NCBI GenBank assembly: GCA_038227045.1
Contig: JBBRQD010000009.1
Location: 14,112-78,111, forward strand
DNA from: Planctomycetota bacterium
GTDB lineage: Bacteria > Planctomycetota > SZUA-567 > H5-PLA8
DNA length: 64,000 nt
Direction: 5' to 3'
Shown here: positions 8,722 through 16,065 of the stretch, piece by piece
How the letters are laid out: each line of letters begins with the position of its first letter
How positions within the stretch are numbered: the stretch's first letter is position 1
The notes under the pieces: model-generated
Databases searched by the model: none
What the model saw: the letters and a program-made list of their open reading frames with translations, nothing else
What the model was told of the DNA's origin: nothing
Program-made: the position numbers and the translations under genes

Positions 8722-8750
8722 TCAATCAGCGCCCTGACAACCCAAAAACA

Positions 8751-8794
8751 TTCCGCGAATATCCGCGCAAATCCGCATTATCCGCAGTTAAAAA
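8751..8794 (+). repeat. tandem 9-10-nt ATCCGC-type array (family F2)
   Basis: ttccgcgaatatccgcgcaaatccgcattatccgcagttaaaaa. A related array lies at 31512..31555. Confidence 0.6.
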
Positions 8795-8829
8795 GCCGTT
8801 GCCGTTAGCTGTTTCAGCGGCAGACGATT

Positions 8830-9720
8830 TCACTTAATCGTAGCCTTCCCCGGATCGCTCTTAACCCACGCCGTATACCACAAATCGGCGGTCAATTTCG
8901 CGGCGATGCGCGTGCGCTCCAAGACAAACGCCTTGGCCTTTTCCGGCACTTTGTCGAAGCCACCGGCCGCATCCAGTTCATAGCATTCATCGACGCGTGT
9001 GTGTGATTCGTTCATCGTTCGCTCGATAAGTTCCCACACACTTTTATGGTGCACAGCCGTTTGTTTCTCGGCCAGCATCTCCGCCGTAAAACCATTTTTC
9101 TCGGGGAATGCGTCTAGCCGCGCGTGAATGCCCTTCTGGATCGTCTGGCTATTTTCGCCCGGTTTCCCATCGAAATTCACCGTCGTGTGCAGCGGCATCG
9201 CGAGGTCGCCGCAGTAATGCGCGAGCCATCCGGCATACACAATCGCGCGGTGCTTTGCGCCCGCCGATTCCGGGTAAATGCGCACCTGCCGAAACGCCAG
9301 CGTGAGGCGCTCATAGCCTTCTTCGATCGCGTAAGGCAGCGTGCCGCCTTTGCCGATGTCGATGTGTTTCGTCACGTAATGCGTCAGCGCTTCGAAACGG
9401 TGGCGGGGAATGGGCTTGCCGTCGAAGTGTTCGAGGTCGATGAAATGTTCGGGCTGTTCGCTGGCGCGCAACCGCGGCGCCGTCTGGCTCTTCCACTCGT
9501 CAGGCTCGACGGACATTTCAGCGAGTTCCTCCGTCGCGTTGCGGAAGAATTCGGGCACGTCCTCGGGGAGCATCTTGACGGCGGCGGCGGTGCAGACTTT
9601 GTGCCCGCCGCTCCACCACGCCAGCGCGGAACGCTGAAACGCAATCATCGTTGCGGCACTCAATGCCAAAACGCACGCGATCAATGCAAACGGGCGGCGC
9701 GAAGTGTCGAGACATGGCAT
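8830..9720 (-). CDS. S1/P1-nuclease / zinc phospholipase-C-like secreted hydrolase
   Basis: WWSGGHKV, HFIDLEH and WLAHYCGDLAMPLH fit the S1-P1 pattern (WG..GH, HFID, H..GD...PLH). ATG 9720 has AGGAGG 9 nt upstream. The track start at 9753 is a TTG. Confidence 0.62.
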   Translation of the reverse strand: MPCLDTSRRPFALIACVLALSAATMIAFQRSALAWWSGGHKVCTAAAVKMLPEDVPEFFRNATEELAEMSVEPDEWKSQTAPRLRASEQPEHFIDLEHFDGKPIPRHRFEALTHYVTKHIDIGKGGTLPYAIEEGYERLTLAFRQVRIYPESAGAKHRAIVYAGWLAHYCGDLAMPLHTTVNFDGKPGENSQTIQKGIHARLDAFPEKNGFTAEMLAEKQTAVHHKSVWELIERTMNESHTRVDECYELDAAGGFDKVPEKAKAFVLERTRIAAKLTADLWYTAWVKSDPGKATIK

Positions 9721-9819
9721 GGCCGTGCTCCTCCTGATTGCCAAGCGCGGCAAATGACCTGATGCCGGCGAGCGTCCCGAGCTGCTCGCGAATGCAAATT
9801 GTCCCCAGTGCGGCGAACG

Positions 9820-10623
9820 CTATGCTTTCGCGGCCACCGGCGTCTTGGGTGCGGCCGGTTTCGGCGCAACGGGAGCTGGCTTGGGCGCGGCGGCCACAGG
9901 CACGGGCGTCGGAACCGGAACCGTGGGCTTTGGAGCGGGTGTTGGCGCGACGGCCACAGGTGCGGGCACCGGCGCTGGAACCACAGGTTTCGGAGCGGGT
10001 GCTGGCGCGGCAGCGACAGGTGCCGTCACCGCAGGCGGCGCAACCACTGGTTTCGGTGCGGCTGGCGGCGCGGCGGGCGCATGTTTCTGCTTTTCCGCCG
10101 GCTTGTTCTCGATGGCCTGCTTCGGCGCGAGAATCAATCCGACGCGCTTGCCTTCGCGGAACGGAGGGCGTTCGACTTTTGCGCAATCGCCCATCTGCGT
10201 GACGACGCCTTTGAGAATCTGTTCGCCTAGGCTTTGATGCGCAATTTCGCGGCCCTTGTAAATCATCGTGAACTGCACGCGATGGCCTTCTTCGATGAAT
10301 TCTTTGGCGTGCATGACCTTGATTCCCAAATCGTGCGGTCCGATTTTGAAACTCAGGCGCACTTCTTTAAGATCGTGGGCATGGGCCTTCTTGCGGGCCT
10401 TCTGCTCTTTTTTCTGCTCGTGATAAATGTGCTTGCCGTAATCCATGATGCGGCACACGGGCGGTTCGGCTTTCGGCGCAACTTCGACCAGATCGAGTTC
10501 AACTTCCAGCGCCTTGGCACGCCCCTGATCGCCTGTCATGACTCCCAGTTGATCGCCGGTCGATCCGATGACACGGACCGTCTTGGCCTTGATCTCGTGG
10601 TTGATGCGAAGTCTCTCTGTGAT
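9820..10623 (-). CDS. infC: translation initiation factor IF-3, ATC start codon, with about 100-aa Pro/Ala-rich C-terminal extension
   Basis: PPVCRIMDYGK...LKEVRLSFKIGPHDL...HRVQFTMIYKGRE. The frame stays open 28 codons upstream of the track ATG, giving I-TERLRINHEIKAKTVRVIGSTGDQLGV. It reaches an in-frame TAA, contains no ATG/GTG/TTG, and has ATC at 10623..10621 placed 7 nt after AAGGAG. Confidence 0.9.
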   Translation of the reverse strand: MTERLRINHEIKAKTVRVIGSTGDQLGVMTGDQGRAKALEVELDLVEVAPKAEPPVCRIMDYGKHIYHEQKKEQKARKKAHAHDLKEVRLSFKIGPHDLGIKVMHAKEFIEEGHRVQFTMIYKGREIAHQSLGEQILKGVVTQMGDCAKVERPPFREGKRVGLILAPKQAIENKPAEKQKHAPAAPPAAPKPVVAPPAVTAPVAAAPAPAPKPVVPAPVPAPVAVAPTPAPKPTVPVPTPVPVAAAPKPAPVAPKPAAPKTPVAAKA

Positions 10624-10643
10624 GGCATTTCTCCTTTACGTTC

Positions 10644-10678
10644 GGGTTTCAAGTTCCAGGTTCCAGGTTTCAGGTTCT
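10644..10678 (-). repeat. five tandem GRAACCT heptamers in the infC 5' leader (family F4)
   Basis: The minus strand reads agaacct gaaacct ggaacct ggaactt gaaaccc. The array ends about 20 nt before the infC SD and start codon. Confidence 0.8.
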
Positions 10679-10705
10679 CTGAATACCTCGACCTGCTCCA
10701 ATTAC

Positions 10706-10780
10706 GTTCGTAGTTCCGCCTTCAGGCGGTTCGGCGCCAAAGGCGCCAAACGAAGACCGCCTAAAGGCGGAACTACGAAC
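10706..10780. repeat. long palindromic hairpin (family F3 variant) between thrS stop and infC
   Basis: gttcgtagttccgcc...ggcggaactacgaac forms a 15-bp outer stem with further inner pairing. It starts 1 nt after the thrS stop codon. Confidence 0.75.
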
Positions 10781-10781
10781 A

Positions 10782-12758
10782 CTACGCCCTCGTCGCAATC
10801 TCCGTCTTCGCCTTCGCAATAAATTCGGCCAACGGCATCACGCCTAAATCTTTTCGTCCTCGTCCGCGCACCGCAACCGTTCCCGCTGCCGCTTCCCGGT
10901 CTCCGATCACAAGCAAGTACGGGATCTTTGCTTCTTCCGATTCTTTCACGCGCTGCTTGATATTTCCCGTCGCGCTGATGTCCGCTTCGACACGAATGCC
11001 CTCCGCGTGCAACGCCGCGACGGCGCGGTGCGCCGCCTCCTGCGATTGTTCCGAGATGTTCGCCACGCGCACTTGCACCGGCGAAAGCCACAGCGGAAAC
11101 GCGCCCGCGAAATGCTCGATCAAAATCCCCGTGAACCGTTCGAAACTTCCAAACGGCGCGCGATGAATCATCACCGGCCGGTGGCGATTGTTGTCCTGCC
11201 CGATGTATTCGAGCTTAAACCGCTCCGGCAAATTGTAATCGAGCTGCACGGTCCCCAACTGCCATTCGCGCCCGATGCAATCCTTCACCATGAAGTCCAG
11301 CTTCGGCCCGTAGAACGCAGCTTCGCCTTCGACAGCTTCGTGCGGCAGATGCATCTCCGTTGCGACGCGTTTCAAAGTCGCTTCGGCCTTCGTCCAATTC
11401 GCCGGATCGCCCGTGTACTTGTCGCTCTTCGGATCGCGCAAACTCACCTGCACGCGGTAATCGGTCAGCCCCAGCGCGCCGAAGATCGTCTTGACCAAAC
11501 CGACCGTGCTCACGATCTCCGCCTCGACCTGATCGCCCGTGCAGAACAGATGCGCGTCGTCCTGCGTCAATCCTCTTACGCGCGTCATGCCATTTAGTTC
11601 GCCCGATTGTTCATAACGATACACCGTGCCGAACTCCGCGAGGCGAATCGGCAGCTCGCGGTAACTGCGCTGCTCCGCCGCGTAGATCATGCAATGGTGC
11701 GGGCAGTTCATCGGCTTGAGAAGGTATTCTTCGCTCGGATCGATTTCGCTTTTGATCGTCGGGTACTGGCTGTCCTTATAGTACGGAAAGTGGCCGGATG
11801 TCTTGTACAGCGCCACATTGCCGATGTGCGGCGTAAAGACTGGCGAATAACCCCGCCTGGTCAATTCGCCCTGCATCAGATTCTGCAATTCAGTGCGAAT
11901 GATGCCGCCCTTCGGCATCCACAAAATAAGTCCCTGTCCGACCAGCGGGCTCATCGTGAAAAGCCCCATCTGTTTGCCGATCACGCGATGATCGCGTTTC
12001 TTGGCTTCTTCGATCCGCGCGAAATGTTCGTCCAGATCTTTCTTCGAAGGGAACGCCGTGCCGTAAATGCGCTGAAGCTGTTTGTTCTTTTCGTCACCGC
12101 GGAAATACGCGCCGGCGACGGCAGTCAATTTGAACGCGCCAATTCGGCCCGTCGAAGGCACGTGCGGGCCCATGCAAAGATCTTCGAAATCCTTGCCAAC
12201 ATTCGACCCCGTCACATAGAACGATAACACGTCGCCCTTGGCGCTCTTCGCGTTTTCAAGCTTGTACGGATTGCCTTCGGCTTCGATCTTCTTAAAGCCT
12301 TCGTCGCGGCTCATTTCATAGCGCGTCATGGCCCGGTTTTCAGCGACGATCTTCGCCATTTCGGCTTCGATCTTCGGAAAATCGTCGATTGAAATCTTCG
12401 TATCCAGATCGATATCGCCGTAAAATCCATCGTCCACGGGCGGGCCGTAAACCAGTTTCGTATCAGGCCACAAGCGGCAAATCGCTTCAGTCATGACGTG
12501 TTCGGCGGTGTGGCGGATGCAGTACAGCGCGTCGGCGTCAAGTTTGCCGTCGCGGCTCTTGGGCGTGATCACGGAGAACGTGCCGTCTTGAGTAATCGGG
12601 CGCGAAAGGTCGAGCACCTGGCCGTTGAGTTTCACGGCGACGGCGTCAGAGGCGAGACGCTTGCCGATGGATTCGGCGACTTGCAGGCCGGTCGTGCCCG
12701 CGTCGAAGTCGTGGATGGAGTTGTCGGGATAGGTCAGATGAATTGTGGAAATGGACAT
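10782..12758 (-). CDS. thrS: threonine--tRNA ligase
   Basis: It has a TGS domain N-terminus, class II core motifs (HRAPFGSFERF) and an anticodon-binding C-terminus. The thrS-infC order is classical. The start is set at ATG 12758, which is preceded by GAGGA. Confidence 0.95.
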   Translation of the reverse strand: MSISTIHLTYPDNSIHDFDAGTTGLQVAESIGKRLASDAVAVKLNGQVLDLSRPITQDGTFSVITPKSRDGKLDADALYCIRHTAEHVMTEAICRLWPDTKLVYGPPVDDGFYGDIDLDTKISIDDFPKIEAEMAKIVAENRAMTRYEMSRDEGFKKIEAEGNPYKLENAKSAKGDVLSFYVTGSNVGKDFEDLCMGPHVPSTGRIGAFKLTAVAGAYFRGDEKNKQLQRIYGTAFPSKKDLDEHFARIEEAKKRDHRVIGKQMGLFTMSPLVGQGLILWMPKGGIIRTELQNLMQGELTRRGYSPVFTPHIGNVALYKTSGHFPYYKDSQYPTIKSEIDPSEEYLLKPMNCPHHCMIYAAEQRSYRELPIRLAEFGTVYRYEQSGELNGMTRVRGLTQDDAHLFCTGDQVEAEIVSTVGLVKTIFGALGLTDYRVQVSLRDPKSDKYTGDPANWTKAEATLKRVATEMHLPHEAVEGEAAFYGPKLDFMVKDCIGREWQLGTVQLDYNLPERFKLEYIGQDNNRHRPVMIHRAPFGSFERFTGILIEHFAGAFPLWLSPVQVRVANISEQSQEAAHRAVAALHAEGIRVEADISATGNIKQRVKESEEAKIPYLLVIGDREAAAGTVAVRGRGRKDLGVMPLAEFIAKAKTEIATRA

Positions 12759-13120
12759 TCGTTCCTCGTAAGTGGTGTGCAAACCCGCGCCTGTAATTGA
12801 GTGCTAGAAAGCGCAACGCTGTCTACTTGTGCCGGCCGAAGCGAGTGGCGGGCGGGGCGGGTGGGCGTCGAGCGGAAGGAAAAGAAATCCGCGAGCATTA
12901 CTGGACGACTGCCAAACGTGCGCCATCGACCGCCTGAAGCGGGAGGCGCGGGGTGAAGCGCCCGGCAAGTGAAGCCGGGCTAAAACTACCTTTCGAATGC
13001 GGCATGAGCTGTTTCCAGAGCGCCGACGATTGCGCTAACAGACACTTATAATATCGGGGCTGGCTGGCGCAACTTTATATTTGAAGATGTTTGAAGCGAA
13101 AAACATGCGCGCGCCATCGA

Positions 13121-13432
13121 TCAGCGTGGTTGCAAAACCATTTTTTGTTTCCAAGGCGTAATCTTCGCCAATGTTTTAGCGAGCGAATCTTTTGTCTTGG
13201 CCGCGTCATAGTCCATTTGCAAACCGGTCCAAAACTCCTCGGACATGCCGAAGAATCGCGACAGGCGCAGACCCGTATCGGCGCTGACAGCACGCGCTCC
13301 GGACACAATCTCGCCGATGCGCCCTTGCGGCACACCGATTTCCTTCGCAAGCCGGTATGGCGTGATGCTCATCGGCTTCAGGAATTCTTCCAGCAGGATT
13401 TCGCCGGGATGCGGATACGGAACTTTGCGCAT
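13121..13432 (-). CDS. higA: HigA-family antitoxin (XRE HTH)
   Basis: MRKVPYPHPGEILLEEFLKPMSITPYRLAKEIGVPQGRIGEIVSGARAVSADTGLRLSRFFGMSEEFW. The start is trimmed to ATG 13432. Confidence 0.85.
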   Translation of the reverse strand: MRKVPYPHPGEILLEEFLKPMSITPYRLAKEIGVPQGRIGEIVSGARAVSADTGLRLSRFFGMSEEFWTGLQMDYDAAKTKDSLAKTLAKITPWKQKMVLQPR

Positions 13433-13445
13433 AAAAAATATCCCT

Positions 13446-13727
13446 TCAATGATAGTCGGTAATCTCAACGTCCGCCGGACCTTCCGCAGTCCACACGAAA
13501 CAGACGCGGAACGGGTCATTGACCCGAATGCTGTACTGTCCGGCGCGGTCGCCCTTGAGCCGTTCCAATCGGTTACCAGGAGGCACGCGCAAGTCATCAA
13601 GTACCGCGGCCCGATTCAGCATCGCCAATTTGCGCATCGCGACGGACTCGATATTCAAGAAGCGCCGGACCCGCTCACCGCCGAACAAGGCTCCCGTTTC
13701 GGCGCATTTGAACGAGCGGATCGGCAT
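13446..13727 (-). CDS. higB: HigB-family toxin (RelE/ParE superfamily killer protein)
   Basis: MPIRSFKCAETGALF...LRVPPGNRLERLKGDRAGQYSIRVNDPFRVCFVW. It lies 13 nt upstream of higA. Confidence 0.85.
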   Translation of the reverse strand: MPIRSFKCAETGALFGGERVRRFLNIESVAMRKLAMLNRAAVLDDLRVPPGNRLERLKGDRAGQYSIRVNDPFRVCFVWTAEGPADVEITDYH

Positions 13728-13733
13728 GGACGG

Positions 13734-13762
13734 ATAGTAACGCGGCACGTTGGTAATGTCAA
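13734..13762 (-). promoter_or_regulatory. sigma70-like promoter of higBA (TTGACA-17-TACTAT), probably giving a leaderless transcript
   Basis: The minus strand reads TTGACA (13762..13757), a 17-nt spacer, then TACTAT (13739..13734). Only 6 nt separate the -10 element from ATG 13727, and no SD is present. Confidence 0.5.
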
Positions 13763-13836
13763 GCGTTAGTAAGAATTCAGGAAACAGTTCACGTAACTAC
13801 TTTACGTAAATAATCGAGTGCACTGTCCCTGAACGT

Positions 13837-15915
13837 CTACTTCTCCTCCACATCCACAGCGATGCTGTGCAGGTACTTATTTTCCGCCTTCGGCTGATGC
13901 GTGCTGTTGTTGCCATCCGGTTTTCCGGCGTATGTGTCTTTGCCGCCGAAATCGATGAACGCTCCCCATGTGGGACTTTCGCCGCGTGACCGGCCGGGCT
14001 TGTCGCCGTCGACGGGGGCCATGCTGGACAGCGGGCCGGCATACTGGTCGTCGCCGCCGAGTTCCAGAAAAAGGCCCAGACTGTTGTGCAGACCGAGCCC
14101 AAATCCGCTGCCCGTCACCAGGTACTTGTCGTTGCCGCCTTCTTCGAGAAAAATCGACGTCGAAAAATCGTGGGCGGCTCCAAGACGCATGCAATTCGTA
14201 CTTGTGTAGGTGTCATCGCCGCCGCCTTCGGCCAGCAGGCTGAAAGCGTCGTGGGCCGCGGCGCTCTGCGCGTACCACACTCCGCGGTAGGTATCGTTGC
14301 CTTCGCGATCATCCAGAATGCCGATGCCATAAAGATAACCCACGGCCTGCGTAAAAACGCCGCCGTAATAGGTGTCATTGCCCTTCAAATCCAGCAGCAT
14401 GCCGATGCCGCCCGCAAGGCCCTCGCCGTCGATGTAGTCGCGCCGCTGGCCGAAGCCCGCGCCCTGCGCGCAGCTTGAATTGTGCTCCTTGGTTTGATCC
14501 GAGGGATATTTGATGTTGGTGTCGTCAGCGACATAACTGTCGTTGCCGGCGCGGTCGATCAGCAGTCCCACGCCCAGTGTGCAGCCGTAACCTTGTCCTT
14601 CTTGATAGAGGTGGTATTTGTCATTGCCGCCGCCTTTCAACAAAATGCCCACGCCGTACATGCCCGCGCCTTGGCCGAAACTGTCGCAGGTGAACGTGTC
14701 GTCGCCGCCCCAATCGCAGAGTATTCCGACTCCGAACAGCCCCGCGCCCTGAGTCGTGTTGCCTTCGGCGCTGTACGTATCATTGCCCGCCATATCCACC
14801 AGCATGCCGAATCCAAAGACGCCGGCGCCCATGGACGGCTTGCCTTTCGGCGCGATGTAGTGGTCGTTTCCCGCCGTGTCGATGATGATGCCGAAGGGAT
14901 GCTGCAGCCCCCCCGACGCCGCGCCCGTGTGGTACGTGTCGTTGCCGCCGGTGTCGATCACCAGCAGCAGGTGCTCGCCCTCCTTATATTCGTCGTCCGT
15001 CCCTCCGGAGAGAATCACGCGCCCCAGCGGCGTGTCGAGTTCCAGCCGGTAGGTCTCCTTTGGCGGTTCCTTCGCCAGCCACTCCGCGGCCAAGTCTACC
15101 GCGGCGCTCAGATCGATGAGTCCCGCGTACCAGCGGGGAAAGTCGATCTTGCGGGCAAGATCCGCTTCGCGCATGGCATCCTGCATGTCGGCGGGCAACG
15201 TATAGCTGCGCGGATCGACGGCCTTGTCGTCAGGGGGCTTTTCCTGCTGATCGCCGCGCATGATCTGCGCGTACACCTGCTCAAGCAGTTCCGGCGGCAC
15301 GTTGCGAAACGCGGCTTCCCGCCACAGCACCGCGTCGTTGACCGCCGCGAGCACCAGCGCCGCCGCGCGCTGGACCACGGGCGGCACGCTCGCGAGCTTC
15401 TCGCGCGCTTTCGTGTCATTCAGCTTTTCAAACTTTTTGGCAAACAACGCCGGATGCAATTTCTGTTGCGCCTCGCACGTTTCCTGCAGGCGAAGCAGGC
15501 TCTTGAGCAGCGCGCCATCGGATTCGGCGTGCTTTTTGAAAAGATCAATTGGCTTTGGATCGATCAAAGAACGGGCGGAGCCGGAATCCAACAGGTCGGC
15601 CGCAATGTAAAGAACCTCACTTGTATGCAACTCCGCCCGGGTCAGGCCTTCGCGCAAATGGCGCTCGCGGTCAATGGCGCGCAGCGGTTGCTCGCGCCAC
15701 ATGCGGAACGTATTGAGAACAAACGGACATTCGACCCGCTTGTACAGCTCGTTCTTGTCGTACCCGGGACCATCGAGCGGCAACCCGAGCGCCTCGAAAC
15801 ACTGCCGCACCGCCGCCGACTTCCGGATGATGTCTGTAGCGGGCGGCGCTGAAGCCTCGCCCGCCGGCAATAATCCGCAGCAAACGAACCAAGCGAGAAT
15901 AAGTCGTGTGTTCAT
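13837..15915 (-). CDS. secreted repeat protein: helical N-terminal half plus 12 GG(N/D)DxY beta-helix-like repeats
   Basis: The signal peptide is MNTRLILAWFVCCGLLPAGEASA. Repeats GGNDTY, AGNDHY, AGNDTY, GGDDTF, GGNDKY, AGNDSY, KGNDTY, EGNDTY, GGDDTY, GGNDKY, GGDDQY and GGKDTY are spaced about 22-30 aa apart and occupy 13837..14955. Confidence 0.8.
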   Translation of the reverse strand: MNTRLILAWFVCCGLLPAGEASAPPATDIIRKSAAVRQCFEALGLPLDGPGYDKNELYKRVECPFVLNTFRMWREQPLRAIDRERHLREGLTRAELHTSEVLYIAADLLDSGSARSLIDPKPIDLFKKHAESDGALLKSLLRLQETCEAQQKLHPALFAKKFEKLNDTKAREKLASVPPVVQRAAALVLAAVNDAVLWREAAFRNVPPELLEQVYAQIMRGDQQEKPPDDKAVDPRSYTLPADMQDAMREADLARKIDFPRWYAGLIDLSAAVDLAAEWLAKEPPKETYRLELDTPLGRVILSGGTDDEYKEGEHLLLVIDTGGNDTYHTGAASGGLQHPFGIIIDTAGNDHYIAPKGKPSMGAGVFGFGMLVDMAGNDTYSAEGNTTQGAGLFGVGILCDWGGDDTFTCDSFGQGAGMYGVGILLKGGGNDKYHLYQEGQGYGCTLGVGLLIDRAGNDSYVADDTNIKYPSDQTKEHNSSCAQGAGFGQRRDYIDGEGLAGGIGMLLDLKGNDTYYGGVFTQAVGYLYGIGILDDREGNDTYRGVWYAQSAAAHDAFSLLAEGGGDDTYTSTNCMRLGAAHDFSTSIFLEEGGNDKYLVTGSGFGLGLHNSLGLFLELGGDDQYAGPLSSMAPVDGDKPGRSRGESPTWGAFIDFGGKDTYAGKPDGNNSTHQPKAENKYLHSIAVDVEEK

Positions 15916-16065
15916 GCCTGAGATATACACCCGCGCGCGATTTTCATACTGTATTCTGATTCTGAAATCCAGGTGACAGAGCACTCGACTATTTAACGCG
16001 AACAATCGAGCGCCATATACTGTGCCTTCAATTTCTTGTAGTGGCGAAGTGCGTTCTGCGCCCTT

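Noticed and set aside
10644-10678. CRISPR array interpretation of the short tandem repeats, including the F1, F2 and F4 arrays at 2853, 4657, 8751, 31512 and 54722
   Set aside because: The units are 7-10 nt and directly abutting, with no spacers. The arrays are under 50 nt, and no cas genes are present in the window.
12783-13045. T-box riboswitch, RNase P RNA, SRP RNA or tmRNA in the 300-nt gap upstream of thrS
   Set aside because: I searched by eye for the T-box core (GGGTGGNACCGCG), the RNase P motif GAGGAAAGTCC, the SRP motif GGAAGCAGCC with a GGAA tetraloop, and a tRNA-like TPsiC/ACCA end. None is present on either strand.
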